Shown here one piece after another: positions 1 through 7,808 of a stretch of DNA of 28,922 nucleotides (positions are counted from its first letter, which is position 1; each line of letters starts with the position of its first letter). A program made the translations under genes and the position numbers. Source of the DNA: a virus (lineage: Duplodnaviria > Caudoviricetes). Below the pieces are notes generated by a model. It saw nothing but the letters and a program-made list of their open reading frames with translations. It had not been told where the DNA came from and did not search any database. Location of the stretch: positions 1 through 28,922 of the IMG/VR virus record IMGVR_UViG_3300032329_000181; one strand, given 5' to 3'.

Positions 1-162
1 AATGAGTTGATTGACCTTGACCATCTGCCCAAAGAAGCTATCATTGATATCGTAACTAAGTTCGATAAAGCACGAAGAGAAGAAATTTTTCTACCCAACT
101 TTAGCCATTGTGTTATGTGTGGATTTGTAGAGAAATGCAAATGGAAGACGAAAGGTATATAA
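1..162 (+). CDS. Cas4-like/RecB-family exonuclease, C-terminal fragment (truncated by window start)
   Basis: Frame 1 is open from base 1 to TAA at 160-162 and reads ...FDKARREEIFLPNFSHCVMCGFVEKCKWKTKGI. The P-x4-CxxC-x5-C end is the Fe-S cluster motif of Cas4/AddB-like nucleases. Not in the ORF track. Confidence 0.7.
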   Translation, partial: NELIDLDHLPKEAIIDIVTKFDKARREEIFLPNFSHCVMCGFVEKCKWKTKGI

Positions 163-621
163 GTGGAAAAGAATATCAGCGTAACAGTTAAGACCCGTCG
201 TGGGAATCTTGTTACTTTCCGTGGTGACGAACCAGAAGAGTTCGTTACTCGTGTGCGTGAAGCCTTAGTCTCTGATGTAGCAACTACCATTGCTGCACTA
301 GAAGACTTTATTCTAGACACAGAAGCAACGCCTACAGATCTTGTAGTCAATGCATTCAATGGAGTAGCAGAAGAGCCACAACAGTACGTTCCCGTAACAC
401 CAACCTTTGCCCCAGTACCACCACCCCCTGGTCCAGGTATCCCGCCTTCAGGAATGGGTACAGCAGTACGAGCATGTGTTCATGGTAATATGACTAAACG
501 TGAAGGTACGGGACAATGGGGACCTTACAAGGCGTTCTATTGCCCAACTCCTAAGGGTGCACCAGACCAGTGTAAGCCTGTGTACGTTAAGCCTAACGAA
601 GCAGACTGGAATAACTTCTAG
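163..621 (+). CDS. Hypothetical protein with Pro-rich linker and C-terminal zinc-finger-like domain (CxH...C...C)
   Basis: 152 aa, GTG start with AAAGG upstream; motif CVHGNM...KAFYCP...DQC; lies between the nuclease and the ATPase. Confidence 0.75.
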   Translation: MEKNISVTVKTRRGNLVTFRGDEPEEFVTRVREALVSDVATTIAALEDFILDTEATPTDLVVNAFNGVAEEPQQYVPVTPTFAPVPPPPGPGIPPSGMGTAVRACVHGNMTKREGTGQWGPYKAFYCPTPKGAPDQCKPVYVKPNEADWNNF

Positions 622-632
622 TCCATTAAAGT

Positions 633-675
633 TTAAGGGGGGTAGTCTGGAGAGGAAGCCAGCTACTCCCCTTAA
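633..675 (+). promoter_or_regulatory. Long intergenic RNA hairpin upstream of the helicase RBS
   Basis: TTAAGGGGGGTAGTCTGG / AGAGGAAG loop / CCAGCTACTCCCCTTAA gives about 17 bp with one G-U pair and one bulge. No U-tract follows. AAGGAG at 685-690. Confidence 0.65.
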
Positions 676-694
676 TTAACGCACAAGGAGAATC

Positions 695-1480
695 GTGAAA
701 ACACTATCTCGGTCAGTCGGTAGACCAGACATTGGCGGTGAACCAATGGCTACCGTATTTAGAACGTTCGATAATAATCAAATCGTATTTCGCAGGGCAG
801 AAGTCAGCATGATTGCTGGCACTCCAGGTGCTGGCAAGTCAACACTTGCACTAGCACTAGCTTTACGAATGAGAGCACCAACACTTTATCTGTCAGCAGA
901 TACCAATGCTCATACCATGGCTATGCGTTTGTATTCTATGATTACAGGTGTATCGCAAAGCGAAGCAGAAAAGATTATCTCTGAAGATCCATATGGAACT
1001 AGAGATAAGTTAGCACTAGCATCACACATCTATTGGTCGTTTGATTCTAGTCCAAGTCTTTCTGACATTGATGATGAAGTAACAGCACTAGAAGAATTGC
1101 TAGGTGAATCACCTGCATTAATTGTTATTGACAACCTCATGGATATTTCCATGGATGGTGGTGAAGAGTTTAGTAACATGCGGTCAGCACTTAAAGAACT
1201 TAAGTATTTGGCTCGTGATACTAACGCAGCAATCATGGTGTTGCACCACACACAAGAAGGCTACGCTGGCAATCCATGCCAGGCTCGTAGTTCTTTACAG
1301 GGTAAGGTAGCACAACTACCTGCTCTTATTCTTACTGTAGGGCAAAGCGACAATGGGTTGCTTGGTGTTGCTGCAGTTAAGAATCGTTATGGCAAGGCTG
1401 ATGCTTCAGGCAACAGTCCTGTCTGGCTACAATTCAACCCAGAATACATGTTCGTATCAGACCTAGAGGAGATTAGGTAA
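695..1480 (+). CDS. DnaB-like/RecA-fold ATPase (helicase core domain only)
   Basis: Walker A GTPGAGKS, Walker B LIVIDNL, downstream VLHH and KNRYG (arginine-finger-like) motifs; RBS AAGGAG. Confidence 0.85.
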   Translation: MKTLSRSVGRPDIGGEPMATVFRTFDNNQIVFRRAEVSMIAGTPGAGKSTLALALALRMRAPTLYLSADTNAHTMAMRLYSMITGVSQSEAEKIISEDPYGTRDKLALASHIYWSFDSSPSLSDIDDEVTALEELLGESPALIVIDNLMDISMDGGEEFSNMRSALKELKYLARDTNAAIMVLHHTQEGYAGNPCQARSSLQGKVAQLPALILTVGQSDNGLLGVAAVKNRYGKADASGNSPVWLQFNPEYMFVSDLEEIR

Positions 1481-1605
1481 TGGAATATCAAGTAACAATC
1501 ATCGAAACATATTGGATCGAAGCAGATAATGCTGAGCAAGCTAAGATTATTGCACGTCGTAGTGGCACACGCCCTGAAAGTGTAGAGGTAGAAGTCAATG
1601 GATAA
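1480..1605 (+). CDS. Small hypothetical protein (41 aa)
   Basis: ATG overlaps the helicase stop (TAATG); MEYQVTIIETYWIEADNAEQAKIIARRSGTRPESVEVEVNG fills the gap to the next gene. Below the ORF track length cut-off. Confidence 0.7.
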   Translation: MEYQVTIIETYWIEADNAEQAKIIARRSGTRPESVEVEVNG

Positions 1606-1852
1606 AGTAGAAACTATTGATGTTGGTAAAGTAGACTGGAACGCAACTGCTGTTCAGTACATGGAACTAAACAAACAAAAGACTGAAGCCATTGAACGTG
1701 TACGTGAACTTCATAAAGAAATTGATGGCAATATTTCTATATGCGGTGACCCCGACTGCTGTGGAGAATACGAAGAAGGCTATGTTGTATGTTCTCACTG
1801 CTATGATGACTATCCATGCATGACTATTAAAACGTTGGATGGCGAGCAGTAA
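1598..1852 (+). CDS. Small Cys/His-rich hypothetical protein (AIERVRELH...CxxC...YPC type)
   Basis: 84 aa; motif recalled from actinophage small proteins; paralogous to the next gene. Confidence 0.7.
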   Translation: MDKVETIDVGKVDWNATAVQYMELNKQKTEAIERVRELHKEIDGNISICGDPDCCGEYEEGYVVCSHCYDDYPCMTIKTLDGEQ

Positions 1853-2046
1853 TGACGATTAAAAGCGAAGGACTCGCAGAACAATACATTGAAATGGCCA
1901 AAGCGATTCACCGTGTGCGTGAATTGCATCAAACAGATTTTTGTCCACCAGAATGTTGCTCACATAAAGTTTGCAATGAGTGTGTCAACAATTATCCATG
2001 TCCTACTATTAGAATTTTAGATGGTGAGCAGGATGAGCAAGAGTAA
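1852..2046 (+). CDS. Small Cys/His-rich hypothetical protein, paralog of the upstream gene
   Basis: 64 aa; AIHRVRELH...CNEC...YPCPTIRILDGEQ; TAATG coupling. Confidence 0.7.
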   Translation: MTIKSEGLAEQYIEMAKAIHRVRELHQTDFCPPECCSHKVCNECVNNYPCPTIRILDGEQDEQE

Positions 2047-2368
2047 ACAAAAAGGTACATTGGCAGAGACGGCTGTAGTGAATTGGTTACAGTCAAAAGG
2101 AAGGAAACACGTTGAGCGACGGAGCCTTAATGGTAGTAGCGATCGCGGTGATATTGCTGGCATCCCGTCTGTGGTAATAGAAGTAAAAAACTGTGCCAAG
2201 ATGGAACTGTCTCAGTGGGTATCAGAATTAGAAACGGAGATACATAATGACAAAGCATCAACTGGTACTGTTATTCATAAAAAGCGTGGCACTACTGACG
2301 TTGGTTACTGGTATGCTACTATGCCAGTCAGTATTTGGTACGAACTAATTAAACAAGCAGGTTACTAA
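2033..2368 (+). CDS. Holliday junction resolvase (Hjc-like PD-(D/E)xK nuclease)
   Basis: MSKSKQKGTLAE...DRGDIAGIPSVVIEVKN matches the KG-x3-E...GD...EVK pattern. Start at ATG 2033 preferred over 2021. Confidence 0.8.
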   Translation: MSKSKQKGTLAETAVVNWLQSKGRKHVERRSLNGSSDRGDIAGIPSVVIEVKNCAKMELSQWVSELETEIHNDKASTGTVIHKKRGTTDVGYWYATMPVSIWYELIKQAGY

Positions 2369-2727
2369 TGGACATGCCACCTATTGCAGTTATCGTGGAA
2401 CACTACGGTGGTAAACCAAATAAGAACTATCAGTCTTGGCAAAAGCTAAGATGCCCATTTCATTCCGACAGTCATGCCAGTGCAGGCATGTCAGTAAAAG
2501 ATAATCTATTTGTCTGTCATGGCTGCGGAATAAAAGGTAACCCATTTAATATTATTAAAGAACACGAAGGAGTAAAGTATCGTGAAGCTATCAAGATCGC
2601 AGAAAATATTACTGGACAAGTCTACAAAACACTACGAACAGTACCTCCCATTGGCAGAAGAGTACCTAGCCAAACGAGGAATAGACATGGTAACAGCACA
2701 AGAGGTTCGATTAGGAGTCGTCGCTAA
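2368..2727 (+). CDS. DNA primase, N-terminal CHC2 zinc-binding part (split primase)
   Basis: CPFHSD...FVCHGCG zinc-binding motif; TAATG coupled to the resolvase. Confidence 0.85.
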   Translation: MDMPPIAVIVEHYGGKPNKNYQSWQKLRCPFHSDSHASAGMSVKDNLFVCHGCGIKGNPFNIIKEHEGVKYREAIKIAENITGQVYKTLRTVPPIGRRVPSQTRNRHGNSTRGSIRSRR

Positions 2728-3199
2728 TCCATTACCAGGACAAGAACAGTTTACTGGTAGGTTAGCAATTCCATATGTCACACAGTCTGGTATTGTTGAT
2801 ATAAGATTTAGAGCTATGGGTCCTGAAGAACCCAAGTATCTAGGTCTGCCTAGTACTCAAACTAGAATGTACAATGTACGTGCACTAGTTGAAGCGTATG
2901 ATACTATCGCTGTATGCGAAGGGGAGATTGATGCTATTACTCTGCATTATAAATGCGGTGTACCTGCCGTTGGTGTTCCTGGTGTTAACTCGTGGAAGCC
3001 GCACTACAATAGATTACTTCAAGACTTCAATACCATTTATGTGTTTGCCGACGGTGATCAGCCTGGTATTGATTTTGCTAAATCTTTAGCGAAAGAATTA
3101 CAAAACGTAATAACAATTCAAATGCCTGAAGGAGAGGATGTTAATTCAATGTTCTTATCTCAAGGTAAAAATTATTTCAAAGAAAAGGTAGCTGCCTAA
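2582..3199 (+). CDS. DNA primase, catalytic TOPRIM part (split primase)
   Basis: YLAKRGI, RLAIPY, PKYL, VCEGEIDA and FADGDQPG motifs; own AAGGAG RBS about 9 nt before GTG 2582. Confidence 0.88.
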   Translation: MKLSRSQKILLDKSTKHYEQYLPLAEEYLAKRGIDMVTAQEVRLGVVANPLPGQEQFTGRLAIPYVTQSGIVDIRFRAMGPEEPKYLGLPSTQTRMYNVRALVEAYDTIAVCEGEIDAITLHYKCGVPAVGVPGVNSWKPHYNRLLQDFNTIYVFADGDQPGIDFAKSLAKELQNVITIQMPEGEDVNSMFLSQGKNYFKEKVAA

Positions 3200-3705
3200 T
3201 GTGCAACGAAAGAGAAGATAAGGGAAATATCTCTAGGTCTTACAAAGAAAATTTAAGGAAGCGAAGCAAGGATCAACGACTTGAACATCCTCACGGACCT
3301 AGCATTAGTGGTAAAAATCCTAGAAAGCCAGGGGATAAAGGTTATAAAAATCCATATGCCTACCCAACAACAACCACTAGTGGTCAGTTTGAATATACTG
3401 TTACCAGAGGCAAAGTAAACAATGAGTTTATTTTAAATGTAGATGCATTGGCTGTAGCAATGGAAGCAATCGAACTACTTGTAAGAAAACATAAAGATTA
3501 TGGTCCGACTAACATCAGTCACGCACCTGGTGGTCCGTTAAACGGTTTGAATGTTCGGCTCCATGACAAGGTGGCACGACTAGGTAATCTCCTTGCCTCA
3601 GGAAAGTCACCACAGAACGAGTCCATCCGTGATACGTTCATCGATATTCTCAACTACGCAGTGATTGCTCTCCTTGTCATTGACGAGAAGTGGGAAACTA
3701 AGTAG
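3199..3705 (+). CDS. DUF1599/Nmad1-like (nucleotide-modification-associated, all-helical) protein
   Basis: C-terminal half LLVRKHKDYG...VRLHDKVARL...ESIRDTFIDILNYA. The N-terminal ~75 aa look disordered, so the start is uncertain (3199 or 3460). Confidence 0.7.
   Translation: MCNEREDKGNISRSYKENLRKRSKDQRLEHPHGPSISGKNPRKPGDKGYKNPYAYPTTTTSGQFEYTVTRGKVNNEFILNVDALAVAMEAIELLVRKHKDYGPTNISHAPGGPLNGLNVRLHDKVARLGNLLASGKSPQNESIRDTFIDILNYAVIALLVIDEKWETK
3281..3418 (+). CDS. Candidate nested (overprinted) 45-aa protein
   Basis: TTG start 8 nt after AAGGA (3268-3272); MNILTDLALVVKILESQGIKVIKIHMPTQQQPLVVSLNILLPEAK, in the +1 frame relative to 3199..3705. Confidence 0.45.
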   Translation: MNILTDLALVVKILESQGIKVIKIHMPTQQQPLVVSLNILLPEAK

Positions 3706-3711
3706 GTAAAT

Positions 3712-4473
3712 ATGAAACGCATTGTTGTAATCAGCGATATGCAAGTGCCTTACCACGATCCTAAGGCGGTTGCTGCTGTGCAGCAATTTGTTTTAGATTA
3801 CCAACCAGATGAACTAATGTGTGTTGGGGACGAAGCTGACAGTCCCGAACCGTCCCGATGGAACAAGGGGAGTGCTGGCGAATATGCTGGCACTCTCCAA
3901 CGGGGACTGGATATGACAGCAGATATTATGATTGGCTTCAAAGAAGCCCTTGGCGATAAGCCATTTAACACTATGAGGAGTAACCACGGTGATCGTGTAT
4001 CTCACTACGTCAATAGGTATGCACCGGCACTTGCCAGTCTCAGAGAACTTGAGTACGAAAAACTACTCCGATATTCCGAGAATGAAATTACGTACCATAG
4101 CAAATTCTATTCCTTTGCAAAAGGGTGGATACTTGCTCATGGAGACGAGGGTTCCCTTTCGAGAACGGCTGGTGGGACGGCTATGGCTCTTGCTCGCAAG
4201 ACTGGCACGTCAGTCGTATGCGGCCATACTCACCGTACAGGTATCCAGCACGAACATACAGGATATAACGGAACAATACGAAATAGACTTTATGGGGTTG
4301 AAGTCGGGCATCTTATGGACCTTCGTCAAGCTTCCTACCTCAATGGTGGAACAGCAAACTGGCAGCAAGCCTTCGGCGTACTACACATCAACGACAAAGG
4401 TTTGGTAACACCAACCATTGTACCTATTACTAACAAGTCCTTTGTTGTAGAAGGACAAGAGTATGTCTACTAA
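3712..4473 (+). CDS. Calcineurin-like metallophosphoesterase
   Basis: VISDMQ, VGDEAD, SNHG, AHGD and CGHTHR metal-binding motifs in the canonical order. Confidence 0.9.
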   Translation: MKRIVVISDMQVPYHDPKAVAAVQQFVLDYQPDELMCVGDEADSPEPSRWNKGSAGEYAGTLQRGLDMTADIMIGFKEALGDKPFNTMRSNHGDRVSHYVNRYAPALASLRELEYEKLLRYSENEITYHSKFYSFAKGWILAHGDEGSLSRTAGGTAMALARKTGTSVVCGHTHRTGIQHEHTGYNGTIRNRLYGVEVGHLMDLRQASYLNGGTANWQQAFGVLHINDKGLVTPTIVPITNKSFVVEGQEYVY

Positions 4474-5119
4474 TCCATTACTTGAACATAATATTTATGA
4501 AACATATCAAGATATGGTTCGCCAAGTTAGTGCTGAGTACAAAAAGAAGTTTGATGTAGTAGAGAAAGATGATATCGAACAAGAGTTATGGCTCTGGTTT
4601 GCTAGTCATCCTAATAAGATTATTGAATGGTCTGCTTTAGAGAAGCAGAAAGATAAAGATAATCTATTTGCTAAGTCACTACGCAATGCTGCACTTGACT
4701 ACTGTGTCAAGGAGAAAGCAGCAAAGGCTGGTTACGAACCGTCAGATAATTTCTATTACACTAAAGAATTTGTCAAACTTATGATTCCAGTTGTACTCAG
4801 TGATGATTGGACTAAGTTAAACAATGTAATGTCTGATACCAACAGATCTACTAAGACTCTTTCAGAGTCAGGCGACTGGATATCTTTCAGTGCTGACATA
4901 AAAAAAGCATTTCAATCTCTTGCCGATAATGAACAGCAACTTGTTTACCATTTTTATGGAGAACAACTTAATGGTAGTGAACTCAAGCAAGCAATTGAAT
5001 CAGATAAGACTGAACGTGCCATCATGGTAAAGGCTAATCGTTGTGTAGCCAAGATGGTTAAGTATCTAGGTGGTCGTTATCCTCATAAGGATGAAGACTT
5101 TCCAGAAGTAAACAAATAA
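4463..5119 (+). CDS. RNA polymerase sigma-factor-like DNA-binding protein
   Basis: Region-2-like DDIEQELWLWF...SLRNAALDY and region-4-like DIKKAFQSLADNEQQLVYHFYG helix-turn-helix tail. Confidence 0.7.
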   Translation: MSTNPLLEHNIYETYQDMVRQVSAEYKKKFDVVEKDDIEQELWLWFASHPNKIIEWSALEKQKDKDNLFAKSLRNAALDYCVKEKAAKAGYEPSDNFYYTKEFVKLMIPVVLSDDWTKLNNVMSDTNRSTKTLSESGDWISFSADIKKAFQSLADNEQQLVYHFYGEQLNGSELKQAIESDKTERAIMVKANRCVAKMVKYLGGRYPHKDEDFPEVNK

Positions 5120-5160
5120 AAAAGCCCCCCAAGGATTTCTCCGAGGGGGGTTTCTTTATT
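5115..5160. terminator. Bidirectional intrinsic terminator between the convergent arms
   Basis: A-rich AATAAAAAA, stem GCCCCCC-AA-GGA/TTTC/TCC-GA-GGGGGGT, then T-rich TTCTTTATT; lies between two convergent stop codons. Confidence 0.85.
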
Positions 5161-5171
5161 AATAAGCGTGA

Positions 5172-5594
5172 TTAGCCACGACCCTTATAGCGCAATAGCC
5201 AAAATGGATTGACTCCTCCGCCTACCTGCCAGAACCTAGTTTTCTGAGCTTCAAAGTGAAGATGAGAACCAGACTTAGCATTACCTTCTACACCTACGTC
5301 AGCAATGTGTTGACCTAGTTTTACAACATCGCCAGCTTTAACATGTGACTTACTGACATGAGCATACGTGCAGTACAAAGTACGCAGACGGAACTTGTGT
5401 TTGATGGTAGGTGAGTACTGACCAAGTGCTGATCCTTGCTTACCTACTGATACAACTACACCATCTGCTACAGCAAACACAGGAGCACCTACAGGTGCGC
5501 CAAAGTCTACTCCTTGATGCCAACCTGACATCCATTGGTCTCCCTTGACACCATATGCACAAGTAACTACAGGATTTTTTACTGGGTATGCCAT
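5172..5594 (-). CDS. Endolysin, M23 family peptidase
   Basis: HQGVD (HxxxD), YAH and HLHFE (HxH) zinc motifs; follows a holin-like gene. Confidence 0.88.
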   Translation of the reverse strand: MAYPVKNPVVTCAYGVKGDQWMSGWHQGVDFGAPVGAPVFAVADGVVVSVGKQGSALGQYSPTIKHKFRLRTLYCTYAHVSKSHVKAGDVVKLGQHIADVGVEGNAKSGSHLHFEAQKTRFWQVGGGVNPFWLLRYKGRG

Positions 5595-5595
5595 G

Positions 5596-5826
5596 CTACT
5601 TATCCTTTTTAATTAAACTTGCAATGGAATTAACCCCATAGCGGTAATCTTCTGGGTTCAACCAGTTGATTAGTACAGGAATAGCCGCTACAAGGGCCAC
5701 AGAAGCCACAGGAGACACGTTCAGGGTCTCCGTGTTGTTCAGTACCCAACCAAGAGAAGCTGCAACAGCGACCTTTAGAGCGGTTGCTAACGGGCTAGTT
5801 GCTAACCAGTTAAAAAATAGATTCAT
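5596..5826 (-). CDS. Putative holin
   Basis: 76 aa, two hydrophobic helices, WLNPEDYRYG motif, basic C-terminus; adjacent to the endolysin. Confidence 0.7.
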   Translation of the reverse strand: MNLFFNWLATSPLATALKVAVAASLGWVLNNTETLNVSPVASVALVAAIPVLINWLNPEDYRYGVNSIASLIKKDK

Positions 5827-7808
5827 TAACTTACCTTTCTTACAGTTACCGTCAAGATACCACCGTATCCAGAACTATTCTTATCTGATGAGGCTGTGTT
5901 CTCAAACCTCATTGTTTCAATTGTGCCAGTATAACTTTCCCCAGTACGCCAGTCAGTTACTAAGATAAAGTCACCAGCTTCTTCAAGGATTTCCATATGA
6001 GTAAGTAGATCATATGCTCTACCAATATAACCAAACTGTGAATTGTATCTATCTTGTTCAATGTCATAGCATGATAACCTATATTGTATCAAGCGTTGAC
6101 GAGGCATACCTGGAATAGCCTTAATGCGATAAGACATTAGGCGTGGAGTATTAGTATTGGGCGAGTTATTATTAAAAGTAAACTTAAGAGCAAGCAGTTC
6201 CTGCTTACCCGATGGGTTATGGATCTCTAGATCCTTAGCATTGGTTACATTATTAATTACTGCAAGGTCATAAGTATTATGATTGGAATCAATAGTAGTA
6301 ACACTAATACTATCTTCAATATCAAACTCTGTATTAATATTTAACCACTTAAAATACTTAGGTTCGGTAGTACCGTACCTAGTAAACCCAGTCTCTAACC
6401 AACCAGATGATCTACGGTCAGTAGTATGTTCAACATGTATCTTGCCAACAGCACCTTCTTTAACAATCATAACTAAACGATCATTAATTAAATATGTATC
6501 TGTAGCTTCTGTTGTTGTGGTTGATTCATCTTCAAGATCATTAGCATATGGGAATGTACCATCTTCAAATGGGTTAGCAAGATCAACTCTAATAAGAGCA
6601 GCGGTGCTTCCAGCACCAGCAGTTGCTAAAGAAGTAGATGCAAAAAGATATGTGCCACGAGCAGTAAAACCTTTAACAGGATATCCATTGTCATACAACA
6701 ATGGACCAAGTACTACTTGACCATTAGCATCAACAGGGCAAATACGAATTCCTTTATTAGTACCAACACACAAGTGTCCAAGATAATAATGAACTGCATT
6801 AACAGTCTCACCAAAAGGCAAAGAAATAACTACTTGTGCATTATTCATATCTGGAGTGTGGGTTACATCATCAAATCCAATAGCCCAAATCTCACCAAGA
6901 CTGTCAGAGTTGCCAGATACATAGATGTTCATAGGTCCAGCAGTAGCATCTCCCCAAGTAAAGTTAGGATTAATGTGTGTATTTTTGTATGCAGCACCTG
7001 GAAGATCTGACGCACTACCAGAATGATTAGCAGTAGCAGTAGCAATATCGTAAAGATTATAAAGAGTATTACTTACGCCAAGAATTACATAACCTTTTAT
7101 ATATTTAATAAATACTTTATTGGTTGGGGTAGAAGTATATCTGTATCTAACAACATCAGAGTTAGCTCCAATTACACCACTATGAATAGCAACACTACAA
7201 GCAGCATAATACTTGTAGCCATCACTGGCTACAGAGCAGAAAGGATAAGCAGAATGAGAACTAAGGGTATAAGTGCTAGCAGTAGCAGTGGAGTTTCCAT
7301 TTAATACAATCTTTCTAAGTACACCATCAGAGTCACCACAGACAAGACACTCTGTAGTTCCATCATGTCCCGCTGAAGCGTCAATACCATTAATGCCTGT
7401 GTAAGCTTGAACGGTTTTAGGCAGAAGGCTAGCTTCACCAATAGTCCACACGTCTACACCACGAGAATCGTAGAACCTATGAGTAACATTTTTTTCAACA
7501 CCAGGTTCAAAGTATCTAATACCCGCACCTTCATGCCATGAAGTCTGTGATCTTAACCACCAACCAGTAAGAGTCTGTTCACCTGGCTCAGTTGAGTTAT
7601 CAAACTGATCTTTCTTGTACTGTGCAGTTTCTCTGATGTATGGATTCTGTGCGTCATTTTTTACAATAAATCCATTGTCACCAAAGGTAACATCAAAAGC
7701 AATATTTGTTGGTAGGAAAGCAGATGTTTCATTTGCAGCAGATAGGTCAATAAGTAAATGATTAAGGTTAGGACTGCTTTCAGTAATATCGTTAAACTGA
7801 ATAGCCAC
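5826..7808 (-). CDS. Tail nozzle / tail tubular protein B-like (beta-rich)
   Basis: 660 aa, beta-strand-rich; WWLRSQTSWHEGAG near the N-terminus and GWLETG...EPKYFK near the C-terminus; position after adaptor and fibre. Confidence 0.6.
   Translation of the reverse strand: MAIQFNDITESSPNLNHLLIDLSAANETSAFLPTNIAFDVTFGDNGFIVKNDAQNPYIRETAQYKKDQFDNSTEPGEQTLTGWWLRSQTSWHEGAGIRYFEPGVEKNVTHRFYDSRGVDVWTIGEASLLPKTVQAYTGINGIDASAGHDGTTECLVCGDSDGVLRKIVLNGNSTATASTYTLSSHSAYPFCSVASDGYKYYAACSVAIHSGVIGANSDVVRYRYTSTPTNKVFIKYIKGYVILGVSNTLYNLYDIATATANHSGSASDLPGAAYKNTHINPNFTWGDATAGPMNIYVSGNSDSLGEIWAIGFDDVTHTPDMNNAQVVISLPFGETVNAVHYYLGHLCVGTNKGIRICPVDANGQVVLGPLLYDNGYPVKGFTARGTYLFASTSLATAGAGSTAALIRVDLANPFEDGTFPYANDLEDESTTTTEATDTYLINDRLVMIVKEGAVGKIHVEHTTDRRSSGWLETGFTRYGTTEPKYFKWLNINTEFDIEDSISVTTIDSNHNTYDLAVINNVTNAKDLEIHNPSGKQELLALKFTFNNNSPNTNTPRLMSYRIKAIPGMPRQRLIQYRLSCYDIEQDRYNSQFGYIGRAYDLLTHMEILEEAGDFILVTDWRTGESYTGTIETMRFENTASSDKNSSGYGGILTVTVRKVS

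Noticed and set aside
1-162. Cas4-like motif as evidence of a CRISPR-Cas system
   Set aside because: No repeat-spacer array or other cas genes seen; solo Cas4-like nucleases are common in phage replication modules.
3989-4408. 139-aa same-strand alternative-frame ORF
   Set aside because: Lies entirely within the well-conserved metallophosphoesterase, with no recognisable motif or convincing RBS.
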